Of a stretch of DNA of 64,000 nt, positions 1-9,671 are shown in pieces (the stretch's first letter is position 1; each line of letters opens with the position of its first letter). The notes beneath the pieces were generated by a model. That model saw only the letters and a program-made list of their open reading frames with translations, was not told the origin of the DNA and did not search any database. Source of the DNA: an uncultured Armatimonadetes bacterium (GTDB lineage Bacteria > Armatimonadota > Hebobacteria > Hebobacterales > Hebobacteraceae); contig OY970296.1 in NCBI GenBank assembly GCA_963716175.1, positions 2,272,001 to 2,336,000 of the forward strand. Reading direction: 5' to 3'. The translations under genes were made by a program, and so were the position numbers.

Positions 1-1
1 G

Positions 2-73
2 GGCGGCTGGGGATTGGCAGTGGGGCAGGCCTGGTACGATGACATCGAACTGCGCATGGTCGCGGTGAGATAG
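2..73 (+). CDS. 3' end of a gene entering the window (carbohydrate-binding-module-like C-terminus)
   Basis: Frame 2 reads GGWGLAVGQAWYDDIELRMVAVR*; G-x-AWYDD-x-x-L is typical of CBM4/9-like domain ends. Confidence 0.55.
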   Translation, partial: GGWGLAVGQAWYDDIELRMVAVR

Positions 74-476
74 CCTGTGCGTGTTAGGCTGGCTTGGGAC
101 ACCGGATTCCAGGCGGATATTGGCCCTGTGGCTCTGAGCGACGAGGGTAGGGGAACCATACAGCCGCGCAAATGGGAGGGGGATCTTAGGGCCGGCATGG
201 CGCATGAGGGCACGGTGTCAAGGCCGGTGCAAACCCCCCCATTTCGCCGGTTGAAAACTCCCCAACCGCCACAGGCGGCGATCAAGCTCCCCCTGATCGC
301 AGTACACGCGATGGTGGCCTCCTGCGGCACTGGACTTGATCGCGGCACATAGGCAGCCGGTGCCAATCCGGGTGCCGGCGGGAACTGCCCACGCGTGTCC
401 ACTGCGAAGGACCGGCACGGAACTTGCGTTATCGGCCCACGAGTGCTCGGGCCCTGCCGCCCACCGCTGTTGACCG

Positions 477-730
477 CCGACGGCCCCGGCCACCCTCGAC
501 TCCGGCTACCCCCTCGGCTGGGGGTCGATGTCCGGGGTCCGTCGCTTACCGGAGACGCCAGCTGCGCCACGGTGGCGATCACGGGCAGCCCTGCCCAGTC
601 GGATTCCCTGGCGCTGCCCTTCCGCATCCTCGGCGCCTCCCAGCACAGGGATTCCAGCGAATGCCGAGAACACGACGATCGGGGCTGCAGGAGCATTCTG
701 GGAGCCGGATGAGTTTCTGGACAGCGCGGC
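477..730 (+). repeat. Dispersed intergenic element, copy 1 (hairpin 477-545 plus opposite-strand promoter/SD/short ORF)
   Basis: CGACGG..CCCCGG..GACTCCGGCTACCCCCTCGGCTGGGGGTC..CCGGGGTCCGTCG; downstream ~180 bp aligns with copies 2, 3 and 7. Confidence 0.85.
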
Positions 731-797
731 AGCCGACGTAGCATGGGAACCGCGCCGAGGACTCAGTCGCTTGGTCTGCGAGAAGAGGAGGTGACCA

Positions 798-3767
798 GTG
801 ATGCGGGTGCTGGGTGTGCCATGCAGTGCGTCGCGGTTTTCTGGGGCCGCGCTCTGCCTGTTGCTGGCTCTGGCGGCACGTGGCGGGCTCGCGGCGAAGG
901 CGGCCGGGAGCAGTCGAGGCGGGGGCAGCGCGGCGCGGGCGGTGGTCACGTATGTCGCGGGCGAGGTAGTTGCCGCCACCGGAAAGGCTGCCCGCCACAA
1001 GGTGGTGTTGGGCGAACAGCTCTCGATGGGGACGCGTCTGACACTGGCGAAGTCCTCGCGGCTGACAGCGCTGTGGAAGGATCGTCAGGTGACGACTGCT
1101 CTCAGGGGACCGAAGAGGGGGGTCGTGCTGACACCCCCGCCCCGCCCGAAGCGGACCGCGGACTCCGGCCCGTCCTCCCCGTCAGTGGTGAGGAGCGTTT
1201 GGAGCGCGGTGTGGACCCGCTTCGGCCGGGTGGGGCGGGGGCGGAACGGCCGGGCCGGGACGATGGAGGAACCCCTGGCTGTCCGCGGTTCTGGCGATAC
1301 CTGGCAGATGCGCCCGGCAGATGAGTACATACGATCGGGCAGCGTTGACCTGAGCTGGCATGACTCATCTGGGAGCACCGGTCAGCACCTGGTAATCATC
1401 TGGGATGCGAGCTTCGGGGAGCTCTGGAAGGCGACAGTCCGGGAGCACTCGGTCGCCGTGCCCACCTCGATCGGCTTTGCGCCTGGGCAGCGGTACCGGT
1501 GGGTAGTGTCCTCGGCGGCGAGCTCGGAAGCCTCCCCCATGCGGTGGTTCGAGATCCTGACGCCTCAGCGGGAGGCCTCTCTCCAGGACGAACTGCGTTG
1601 CGTCCAGGACCTGTTCCGGAAGGCAGACCCGCCATCTCAGATGCATGCCGCCATGGGGTGCATCTACGAGAGCTATGGGCTCGACTCGCAGGCGCGGGCC
1701 GAGTATCAGACGGCGGCGAAGACCAGCAAGGGATACCAGGCACTGGCTGACGCATTGGATCAGCAGAGGGCCCACAGCTCTGCCGTTGGTTCCCGTCCGC
1801 AGGTCCCCCGCGGGGCGAGTGATCCGAAGGCCACCAGTGACCACGTGAACTCGTCCCCCGGCCGACGACGAGTGCTGTTGACCAATCTCGGGCACGGCCT
1901 GATCGCCGGCTTGCTCATCGCTCTGCTGCATCTTTCAGGGCTGACCCTGACGCTGGACAAGCGCAACTACGATCTCTTGTTCCAGTTCTCACCAACCTCT
2001 GACAGGCCGGCCCAGCACGTCGTGATCGTGGGGGTTGATGACGCATCTCTGGGTGACCTGGGCCGCTGGCCCTGGCCCAGCAGTCGGCTGGCAATGGTGC
2101 TGCGCAAAGTGGAGCAAGCGCGGCCTGCGGCCGTTGGCCTCGACGTGTTGCTGGATCGGACTCGAGATGCGACGGACCCGGAACTGGGACGGGCGCTCCT
2201 GGAGCTGACCAACGTGGTCGCTGCCGCCAATCTCCGCTGGACGTCTGGCCTGCTGGCCGACATTGACCGGCCGGTGCCGGCCTTTCGCATCGGCACCGAG
2301 CGGATGGGGTTCTCGAACGCGGTCGAGGACCGAACCGACGGGTACATTCGCTCCTGGCGGCTGGCAGTGCAGGGCGACGGCTCGAAGCCCCTGCTGTCGC
2401 TGCCGGTCATGCTGGCTCTAGCGGCCTCGGGCAGGCCTGCCGACGACGTCCGCGTCGGCGGCGGTTCAGTGTGGCTTCCGCAGGTAGTGACGGCGTGGCG
2501 GAAGTGGCCTATGGTCACCATGATCGACTTCCGCCGTCCGGGTCAGATCCCCATACTCTCTGCGGCAGACGTACTCGAAGGCCGTGTGCCACCGGAGGCA
2601 CTGTCGGGCAAAGTGGTACTGGTGGGCGGCACGGCCACAGGGGTCTTCACCGACCTCTTTCGTACGCCGTTCTCGGACGACCTGGCAACCGGACGCTCGG
2701 CGCCGGCTCATGGTGTCGAGGTGATCGCGAACGCGGTTGAGACCCTCCTTTCTGATGTGCGCGTGCGAGAGCTGTCGCCGCTGGCGGCAGCTTCCATTCT
2801 GGCCGCCTTGGTCGTGATCGCGTGTGCCACGCTCCGACCTTTGCATCCCCTGTGGGGCGTGGGCGTTGTAGGGGTTATGGTGGTCGGTGTGGCGGTGGCA
2901 TCACTGGCGCTGTTCTCCTCCCATCGCCTCCAGGTCCCGGTCACTCCATTTGCGCTGGGGGTCACCGCAGCCTACCTGGTGGTGGCCCTGGAGAAGCGTG
3001 CGGCAGCAGATGCGCGCAGGCGCCTCGCCGAGCATAGGAACGTCCTCCTGCGCGACCTCTCAGCCATGGTGACACACGACCTGAAAGGGCCGTTGACAGC
3101 CATCATCGGGTTCCTCGAATTGCTGTCACGAGAGCAGCTCAGCGACAGCCAGCGGGAATTCGTGCAGATCGCCATGGGCAGCAGCAAGTGGCTCTCTGTG
3201 CTGATCGCAGGCATCCTCGACGTGGCGAAGATCGAGGCTGGGCAGATCAGTCTGAACCGCGAGTTCCTCGACATCGGGCGTGAACTGGAGCAGGCGCTGG
3301 CGGCCGTGAGCTATCAGCTCCAGGAGAAGGATCTGCGGATGGAGGTGACCGTCGAAGCTGACCTCCCCTGTGTGCCGGCCGACGCGGAGCTCTTCCGGCG
3401 AATCGTGGTGAACCTGGTGGGTAATGCTGCCAAGTTCGGCCCCGCGGGAAGCACGATCCAGCTTGGGGCCAGCCTTGATCGCAAGCGTGAGGCGCTCGTC
3501 GTAAGCGTGCAGGACCAGGGGCCAGGGATCGCGCGGGAGTATCAGGACCGGATCTTCGACAAGTTCGTGCAGGTGGCCAAAGCCAAGAGTGCAGAGACGA
3601 TCTCCGTCGGCCTCGGGCTGGCCTTCTGCCGTCTGGCTGTGGAGGCACATGGAGGTGGCATCTGGGTGGAGAGTGAACCTGGGCACGGCGCCCGGTTCTC
3701 GTTCTCATTGCCGCTGACTCTCCCTGACTCGCACAGGGCCCCGAAGCGCCGCTGGCGTCGGCTGTGA
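798..3767 (+). CDS. CHASE2-domain sensor histidine kinase with an N-terminal signal peptide and FecR/DUF928-like region
   Basis: CHASE2 motifs (VVIVGVDDASL, GRWPWP, VGLDVLL, GKVVLVG, HGVEVIANAVETLL), TM helices, HisKA (HDLKGPL), HATPase (NLVGNAAKF, DQGPGI, GLGLAFC); SD GAGGAGG upstream. Confidence 0.9.
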   Translation: MMRVLGVPCSASRFSGAALCLLLALAARGGLAAKAAGSSRGGGSAARAVVTYVAGEVVAATGKAARHKVVLGEQLSMGTRLTLAKSSRLTALWKDRQVTTALRGPKRGVVLTPPPRPKRTADSGPSSPSVVRSVWSAVWTRFGRVGRGRNGRAGTMEEPLAVRGSGDTWQMRPADEYIRSGSVDLSWHDSSGSTGQHLVIIWDASFGELWKATVREHSVAVPTSIGFAPGQRYRWVVSSAASSEASPMRWFEILTPQREASLQDELRCVQDLFRKADPPSQMHAAMGCIYESYGLDSQARAEYQTAAKTSKGYQALADALDQQRAHSSAVGSRPQVPRGASDPKATSDHVNSSPGRRRVLLTNLGHGLIAGLLIALLHLSGLTLTLDKRNYDLLFQFSPTSDRPAQHVVIVGVDDASLGDLGRWPWPSSRLAMVLRKVEQARPAAVGLDVLLDRTRDATDPELGRALLELTNVVAAANLRWTSGLLADIDRPVPAFRIGTERMGFSNAVEDRTDGYIRSWRLAVQGDGSKPLLSLPVMLALAASGRPADDVRVGGGSVWLPQVVTAWRKWPMVTMIDFRRPGQIPILSAADVLEGRVPPEALSGKVVLVGGTATGVFTDLFRTPFSDDLATGRSAPAHGVEVIANAVETLLSDVRVRELSPLAAASILAALVVIACATLRPLHPLWGVGVVGVMVVGVAVASLALFSSHRLQVPVTPFALGVTAAYLVVALEKRAAADARRRLAEHRNVLLRDLSAMVTHDLKGPLTAIIGFLELLSREQLSDSQREFVQIAMGSSKWLSVLIAGILDVAKIEAGQISLNREFLDIGRELEQALAAVSYQLQEKDLRMEVTVEADLPCVPADAELFRRIVVNLVGNAAKFGPAGSTIQLGASLDRKREALVVSVQDQGPGIAREYQDRIFDKFVQVAKAKSAETISVGLGLAFCRLAVEAHGGGIWVESEPGHGARFSFSLPLTLPDSHRAPKRRWRRL

Positions 3768-3900
3768 GAAGGTCACAGGAAAGAAGAGCATAGAGAAAGG
3801 CGTACTCGTAGCGGACCAAGGGCCCCTGTGCATCCGTGAGCACGCGCACAACGAGGTCGAAGCGCCTTCTTGGCGAAGCCGTGCTGCTGAGGGAACGAAC

Positions 3901-6900
3901 ATGGCGGGCGAGAGCAGGCCTTGGGGTCAGGCTTTTCGCAGGTCCTTCGCCCTGGCGTGCTGCGCGGCCGGTTTCTCCCTGCTGTTTCTTGGCGCACTCC
4001 CGATCTGTGCTGACACCGACAAGGCAAGCGCAGACGCGGCGTTGGCCAAGGGGTGGGCTCTTTACGAGCAGCAAGACTTCCTAGGCGCCCGTGGTCCGTT
4101 CGAGCAAGCCTTAGCGGCCTACCGCAAGCTGGGGCTGCAGAAGGAGGAGGGCCAGGCGCTCACCGGTTTAGGCGTGGTGGCGCGCACAGTGGCCCAGTAT
4201 GACAAGGCCCTGGGCTACTTCGACCAGGCGCTGACGACTTACCGCAAGCTGGGGCTGGAGCAGGAGGAGGCGTACACACTTCTCAACCTGGGCTACGTGG
4301 CCCGCCACCTCGCCCAGTATGACAAGGCCCTGGGCTACTATGAGAAGGCGCTGGCGACTTTTCGCAAGCTGGGCCTGGAAAAGGAAGCTGCCAGCACGCT
4401 GAAGATGTTGGGCTGGGTGGCCGCCGATCTCGCCCAGTACGATAAGGCTCTGGGCTACTTCGACCAAGCGCTGACGACTTACCGCAAGCTGGGGCTGGAG
4501 AAGGAAGCTGCCGGCACGCTGAACAACATGGGCTGGGTGGCCGCCGATCTCGCCCAGTACGACAAGGCTCTGGGCTACTTCGACCAAGCGCTGACGACTT
4601 ACCGCAAGCTGGGGCTGGAGAAGGAAGCTGCCGGCACGCTGAACAACTTGGGCTGGGCGGCGCGCGAACTGGCCCAGTATGACAAGGCCCTGGGCTACTG
4701 CGACCAAGCGCTGACGGTCTGCCGCAAGCCGGGGCTGGAGAAGGAAGCTGCCGGCACGCTGAACAACCTGGGCAGAGTGGCCCTCGAGCTAGCCCAATAC
4801 GACAAGGCCCTGGGCTACTTCGACCAAGCGCTGACGACTTACCGCAAGCTGGGGCTGGAGAAGGAGGAAGCGGAGACACTTCACTGCCTGAGCGCGGAGG
4901 CGCGCGAACTGGCCCAGTATGACAAGGCCCTGGGCTACTGCGACCAAGCGCTGACGATCTGGCGCAAGCTAGGGCTGGAGAAGCACGAGGCGTACACATT
5001 TGACGAGCTGGGCCTGGTCGCCGCCGACCTCGCCCAGTACGAGAAGGCCCTGGGCTACTACGAGCAGTCGCTGGCGATCTGGCGCAAGCTGCGGCTGGAG
5101 AAGGAGGCTGCCACCACGCTGAGCACCCTGGGCCTCGTAGCCGCCAATCTCGCCCAGTACAATAAGGCCCTGGGCTATTACGAGCAAGCGCTGGCGATCT
5201 ACCGCAAGCAGGGGGTCCCCCGCTATACCCGGTGGGCTCAGGCCAACATCGCCGACGTGCACCTGAGCCAGGGCAGGCTTGGGGAGGCGCGGGGCCTCCT
5301 GGAGCAAGCAGGGGACCCGCTGCGCTGGGGCCGCTACTACCTGCGCGCGGGGGACCCGGGAAAGGCAGCCAACGCATTCGAGCAAGGGGTTGATGTCGCG
5401 GAGCAGGCCCCCCCTGTCCGCGTCGCCTACCAGATCGGTCTTGGTCTGGCCCAGGAAGCGCTGGGGGAGTGGGAGAAGGCGGCGACGGCTTACGCCAAAG
5501 CCGTGGATCTGATCGAGAAGGCGCGAGCGAACACTCCGGCCGGGCAGCGAGGGAGCTTCTTCGAGGGGAAGGACTACGGGTTCCGTCGCCTGGAGCCCTA
5601 TGAAGGTCTTGCTCGCGTACTGCATCGGCTGGGACGAGACGACGAAGCCTTCTACTGGAGCGAGCACACCAAGGCGAGGGCCTTGGTGGAGGCGGTGGCG
5701 AGGGCGCCTTTTGGCGCGCCCCTGGGTTTGCCGGAGGGACTGCGCAGACAGGAAGACCAGCTCACCGACCAGGCCGCAGTGTTGAGCAAGCGGCTGGAGG
5801 AGAAGCCCGGGCAGCGGCAGGCGATTGAGGAGCAACTGAAGCCGGTGCGAGCGGAGCTGGAGGCTTTGCTTGCTCGCCTCCGCCTGGAGTACCCAGAGTA
5901 TGCTTCCCTGCGGTATCCTCAGCCGCTGCATGCGGGCGAGCTGGCCTTGGGGCCTGAGGAGGTGCTGCTGGCCTACCAGGTGACGGAGCCGGAGAGCTTC
6001 GCCTTTCTGGTGCGCCAGGGCAAGGTCGAGAAGGCCTTCGAGATCAAGCTGAGCCGTCAAGAACTTGAGAGCCTGATCCTGAGCTACCGGGCAGGCTTCG
6101 CGTCGGTGCGGCAGCAGGCCGATCTTCGGGCCCTTGATCTGCAGGCTGGTGCGCGGCTCTACCAGTTGTTGCTCGCGCCCGTGCTGGCGGAGGTGAAGCA
6201 GGGCGAGCAGGTGGTGGTGGTGCCGGATGGGGTGATTGGGCTGCTACCGCTGGAGGTGCTGATAGAGCACGCAGACAGGGTGCAGTGGCAGGAGGGGGAG
6301 CACGGGCCCTCCCCGGTGGGAGTGCACTTCGTCGGAGAGAGCAGGGTCTTCAGCTACTGGCAATCGGCGACGGCGATGACCACGGTACGGAGGCTGAGGA
6401 AGGAGGTGGGAGGAGATCGGGCGCTGGTGGTGGCGGACCCAGTGTTCGAGGCGAGCGACGCGCGGATGCCGGCCACGCAGGTGGCGAAAGTGGAACCAGC
6501 CGGCGCGGACTTGGGCCTGCGGGGGGAGATTGCGGAGAGCCTGCGGACGGCCTACGGAGCGGAGATCTTCCAGCGCATCGGGGGAGCCGAGCAACTCGTG
6601 GCAGGGCTGCGTCGCCTGTATGGCGAGAGGCTGACCGCGCTGGTGGGGCTAGATGCGCGCAAGGGGAGGCTCAAGCAGGAGCCCTTGGAGCGCTACGGCC
6701 AGATGATCTTCGCCACCCATGGCCTGCTGGGCGGGAACGTGCCCTGGCTGCGGCAGCCGGCCCTGGTGCTGAGCCAGGTGGGCAATGAGCCAGGGGAGGA
6801 CGGCTATCTCACCATGGCGGAGGTAATGGACCTGAAGCTGCGGGCCGAGGTGGTGGCCCTGATGGCCTGCGACACCGGCGCGGGGAGGAACGTGGGGGGC

Positions 6901-7185
6901 GAAGGCGTGATGGCGATGGGGCGGGCCTTCCAGTATGCCGGAGCGCGCAGCGTACTGGCGAGTCTCTGGAAGGCGGAGGATACAAGCACGAACTTGCTGA
7001 CGGAGGCGTTCCTCAAGGAGATGATGGCCGGGAAGGACAAGAGTGCCGCCCTGCAGGCGGCGCGCCAGCGCGTCCGCGAGGCCGGCTACGTTCATCCCTT
7101 CTACTGGGCGAACTTCGTCCTGATCGGGGAGCAGAGCGTGGCGAGCAGTCCGAGCGCACCGAAGGCGAGCGGAGCGGGAGGTTAG
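3901..7185 (+). CDS. Secreted TPR-repeat CHAT (caspase-like) domain protein
   Basis: Signal-peptide-like N-terminus; about nine 40-aa TPR-like repeats; CHAT motifs VPDGVIGLLPLEVL, FATHG (His), LMACDTG (Cys), ASLWKAED, HPFYWANF. Confidence 0.93.
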   Translation: MAGESRPWGQAFRRSFALACCAAGFSLLFLGALPICADTDKASADAALAKGWALYEQQDFLGARGPFEQALAAYRKLGLQKEEGQALTGLGVVARTVAQYDKALGYFDQALTTYRKLGLEQEEAYTLLNLGYVARHLAQYDKALGYYEKALATFRKLGLEKEAASTLKMLGWVAADLAQYDKALGYFDQALTTYRKLGLEKEAAGTLNNMGWVAADLAQYDKALGYFDQALTTYRKLGLEKEAAGTLNNLGWAARELAQYDKALGYCDQALTVCRKPGLEKEAAGTLNNLGRVALELAQYDKALGYFDQALTTYRKLGLEKEEAETLHCLSAEARELAQYDKALGYCDQALTIWRKLGLEKHEAYTFDELGLVAADLAQYEKALGYYEQSLAIWRKLRLEKEAATTLSTLGLVAANLAQYNKALGYYEQALAIYRKQGVPRYTRWAQANIADVHLSQGRLGEARGLLEQAGDPLRWGRYYLRAGDPGKAANAFEQGVDVAEQAPPVRVAYQIGLGLAQEALGEWEKAATAYAKAVDLIEKARANTPAGQRGSFFEGKDYGFRRLEPYEGLARVLHRLGRDDEAFYWSEHTKARALVEAVARAPFGAPLGLPEGLRRQEDQLTDQAAVLSKRLEEKPGQRQAIEEQLKPVRAELEALLARLRLEYPEYASLRYPQPLHAGELALGPEEVLLAYQVTEPESFAFLVRQGKVEKAFEIKLSRQELESLILSYRAGFASVRQQADLRALDLQAGARLYQLLLAPVLAEVKQGEQVVVVPDGVIGLLPLEVLIEHADRVQWQEGEHGPSPVGVHFVGESRVFSYWQSATAMTTVRRLRKEVGGDRALVVADPVFEASDARMPATQVAKVEPAGADLGLRGEIAESLRTAYGAEIFQRIGGAEQLVAGLRRLYGERLTALVGLDARKGRLKQEPLERYGQMIFATHGLLGGNVPWLRQPALVLSQVGNEPGEDGYLTMAEVMDLKLRAEVVALMACDTGAGRNVGGEGVMAMGRAFQYAGARSVLASLWKAEDTSTNLLTEAFLKEMMAGKDKSAALQAARQRVREAGYVHPFYWANFVLIGEQSVASSPSAPKASGAGG
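4120..5210 (+). repeat. Coding tandem repeat, 120-bp unit, about nine copies
   Basis: GCCCAGTAYGACAAGGCYCTGGGCTACT..CGCAAGCTGGGGCTGGAG recurs at exactly 120-bp period. Confidence 0.95.
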
Positions 7186-7231
7186 CTCAGCGGCGTGCGC
7201 CGGGCGAAGCACGCAGTTGAGGCCCTGTACT

Positions 7232-7603
7232 CCGATTTGAACCTGCGACCTCGCGATCGGGCCGGTTCGGTCGGATGGGGCGGACGGAGAAGAACGACGT
7301 AGGGGCGTCAAAGGGGGCAAGAGAGGGCAGATAGGTCTTGAGGGCAGGAACTGTCTTCGCATGGTCGCAGGTTCAAATCGAGGTCGCAATCAGTGGATTG
7401 CTTGCTCACCTTGACCCCGATATGAACCTGCGACCTAACGGCGTTCCTCTGGGATCTCCACCCTCGCCAGCCGCAACCCCGCCTCCTCCCACATGGCGTC
7501 TAGAGCCCTGCCAAGCCTCTCAAAGGGCAATTCCCAGATCCATCGCCTAGTGCGCATCTTCTCTAAGGCTGCCAATCCTGCCCCCGATTCGAACCTGCGA
7601 CCT
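7232..7603. repeat. Four ~20-bp repeats CCGATWYGAACCTGCGACCT (7232, 7363 inverted, 7417, 7584)
   Basis: Direct inspection; the reverse complement GGTCGCAGGTTCRAATC resembles a tRNA variable loop/T-arm. Confidence 0.85.
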
Positions 7604-7678
7604 GACCTGCGAGACACTCTCAGCAACGTCCACTTGCGCGCAAGAGGCGACGGCGTCTCTGGCGTCGCCTCCATATCC

Positions 7679-7754
7679 TGGTGCCGGGTCCCAGAGTCGA
7701 ACTGGGGACGCCGGGATTTTCAGTCCCGCGCTCTACCACCTGAGCTATCGCTCC
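7679..7754 (-). pseudogene. Chimeric tRNA-Phe(GAA) with unpaired acceptor stem (att-like copy)
   Basis: GGAGCGA-TAGCTCAGGTGGTAGAGCG-CGGGACTGAAAATCCCG-GCGTCCCCAGTTCGACTCTGGGACCCGGCACCA; 5' GGAGCGA cannot pair with 3' ACCCGGC. Confidence 0.8.
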
Positions 7755-7841
7755 ACTCGCGCTCAGGCCGCAGTCATCCCCCAGGAACACAGGTGTCCCG
7801 CTATCGAGCAGGGCCATCGGCCACCTCGGCGAAGCTCCTGG

Positions 7842-8097
7842 GCGACGGCCTCGGGCACCCCCGACTCCGGCTACCCCTCGGCTCGGGGTCACTGGCTGGG
7901 GGTCCGTCGCGTACGGCGGCGGGAGCCGCGCCACGGCGGCAATGACCGGCAGGCCCGCCCAGTCCAACCCTCGTTCGACGACCTTCTCCATCCTCGGTAC
8001 CTCTCAGCGCAAGGATATGCACAAGCGGAGAGAATACCACGAGAGAGGCGGCACGAGCATCCTGGAAGGCAGATGACTTTCTGGACAGCACGCGGCA
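7842..8097 (+). repeat. Dispersed intergenic element, copy 2 (hairpin 7842-7910)
   Basis: GCGACGG/CCGTCGC closing stem, GACTCCGGCTACCCCTCGGCTCGGGGTC core; minus-strand ATG at 7991 with AGAGGT SD. Confidence 0.85.
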
Positions 8098-8230
8098 GCA
8101 GCACAAGAAGATGATACTGGGCCATGGAAACACAGGGGCAGAGACACCTCAAGTGTGTCTCTGCTCACCCCCGATCTGTCCCAACTTCGCTGAGGCCGGA
8201 CATCAGGCGTCTTAGGGAGGAGACGAGCTC

Positions 8231-8851
8231 ATGGCAAGACACGCGGCGCTTGACTTCGACCGCAGACTCCTGCGCCTGTTCAAGGATCGAACTCACAGGC
8301 TAAGGGCACAGGTCCGAAAGCCCACGCGAGGCAAGGCCCCATCCTTCAACAAGACGAAGGTGGAACGTGTCATCAAGCAACTCCAAGAACTGGCGACTAA
8401 GTGCCAGCTACATGATCACGCGATCCGAGGCCTGAGGCAACTCTACGACCTCAAGAAGCAGTGGCATGTAACCAGTAAGACGGGTTGGGGCAATGAAAGA
8501 AAGCGAAAGGCATTCGTCGCGTGGTTTGAGAAGCACATTCCCTATGACAACTGCGTGTACGTGTTTTGGGAAAAGCGCAGATGCCGTTATGTCGGCCGAA
8601 CGCTAGGCGGACAGAATCGGCCTCAAAGCCAGTTTCAGAAGTTCTGGTTTCCTGGGGTCACCAGAGTTGACATCTATGCAAGTGGAGGGGCACGCGAGAT
8701 TCCGAAATTGGAGTGCCTGGCAACGCATCGTTTCCGGCCGACTCACTCGCGGATGAAACCCGCAACGCGAAAGTGGTACTCGAAGTGTCCGATCTGCGAG
8801 ACACGCAAGCTCGTCCGTGCCGAAGTGAAAGCAATCTTCAGGTTCCGATGA
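8231..8851 (+). CDS. GIY-YIG-superfamily nuclease-like basic protein with C-terminal CxxC
   Basis: CVYVFW-x6-YVGRT, downstream Arg and Glu (PKLECL); SD GGAGGAG. Confidence 0.7.
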   Translation: MARHAALDFDRRLLRLFKDRTHRLRAQVRKPTRGKAPSFNKTKVERVIKQLQELATKCQLHDHAIRGLRQLYDLKKQWHVTSKTGWGNERKRKAFVAWFEKHIPYDNCVYVFWEKRRCRYVGRTLGGQNRPQSQFQKFWFPGVTRVDIYASGGAREIPKLECLATHRFRPTHSRMKPATRKWYSKCPICETRKLVRAEVKAIFRFR

Positions 8852-9243
8852 AGTCGCCCGTAGAGGTCGCCCTGGATTGTCACCGCGCTGCATTCGCCCG
8901 TCGACGCATACGTGACCCGGCGTTGATTTCGGCCTCGTTCCAGGTGAGACCATTGCCCCGCGGCAGGTGAGCCGATCAACCGGTGGTATCGGTCGCGGGC
9001 GCGGGATCGGCCCGAGCAGCGGGACGTTTTGGGAACGCGTGCGGGTGCCAAATGGGCTTGGGACACCACCTGCGCCACCCAGACAGGCTCTGATCCTATG
9101 GGCGGGGGCGCGACCGCAGATGCGAACGGGACAGTGGGCACGGACGGGTTGCCGAGGCATCCGGCGAGGCCAAGGAGGGTTGCAGCAAGCGCGGCGGGAC
9201 GCGCCGGGCTGCGAAGTGACACCGGCCGCGGCTGGCAGAGGAA

Positions 9244-9518
9244 TCAGGCGGCGAGCCGGTAGGCGGTGATCCGGGTGTCGGCGAAGACGCGTCGCTCAAG
9301 GTTGGTCGGCAGAGCCTTGGTTGACTTCTCCGGCTTGGTCCACTGCTCGCCGCGATGAACCACCGATGGAAGCGCGCCGCCCAGCGTGGCATGGCCGCGG
9401 TACTCGTTGTAGTAGACGGCGAAGTCGTGCAGCAGTTGGCTCAGATGATCAAGGCCGCGGGTGATGGGGACGCGCTTCAGCCATTCGTACTTCAGCGTGA
9501 GGATGACGCGCTCGGTGA
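9244..9518 (-). pseudogene. C-terminal fragment of a DDE integrase-core (rve-type) transposase
   Basis: Reads TERVILTLKYEWLKRV...FAVYYNEYRGHATLGG...RLAA*, matching the ER..TLK.E / YN..R.H.L.G signature. Confidence 0.75.
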
Positions 9519-9671
9519 GAACAGCATCAGCATCACCTGCCAGAACATGGCCGGGAGGATGCCCCAGTGATGGCGAGAAGTCAACCTCAGTCGTGCCCGG
9601 GAACCAAGACTCCTGGCTTCCTGGATGCCTCAGATTGGTCTTGGTACACTACGACCTGCCGGTTTGTCTGA

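Noticed and set aside
4120-5210. CRISPR array or DGR target (AAC-AAC codons vary, often keeping the C)
   Set aside because: The repeats are in-frame coding units; there are no cas or reverse transcriptase genes and no non-coding template; non-adenine positions also vary, and GC3 bias explains the retained C
7679-7754. Second functional tRNA-Phe
   Set aside because: The acceptor stem cannot pair
8743-9222. Lipoprotein-like ORF (LLGLAGC)
   Set aside because: Overlaps the GIY-YIG gene and loses protein-like character; at best a fragment
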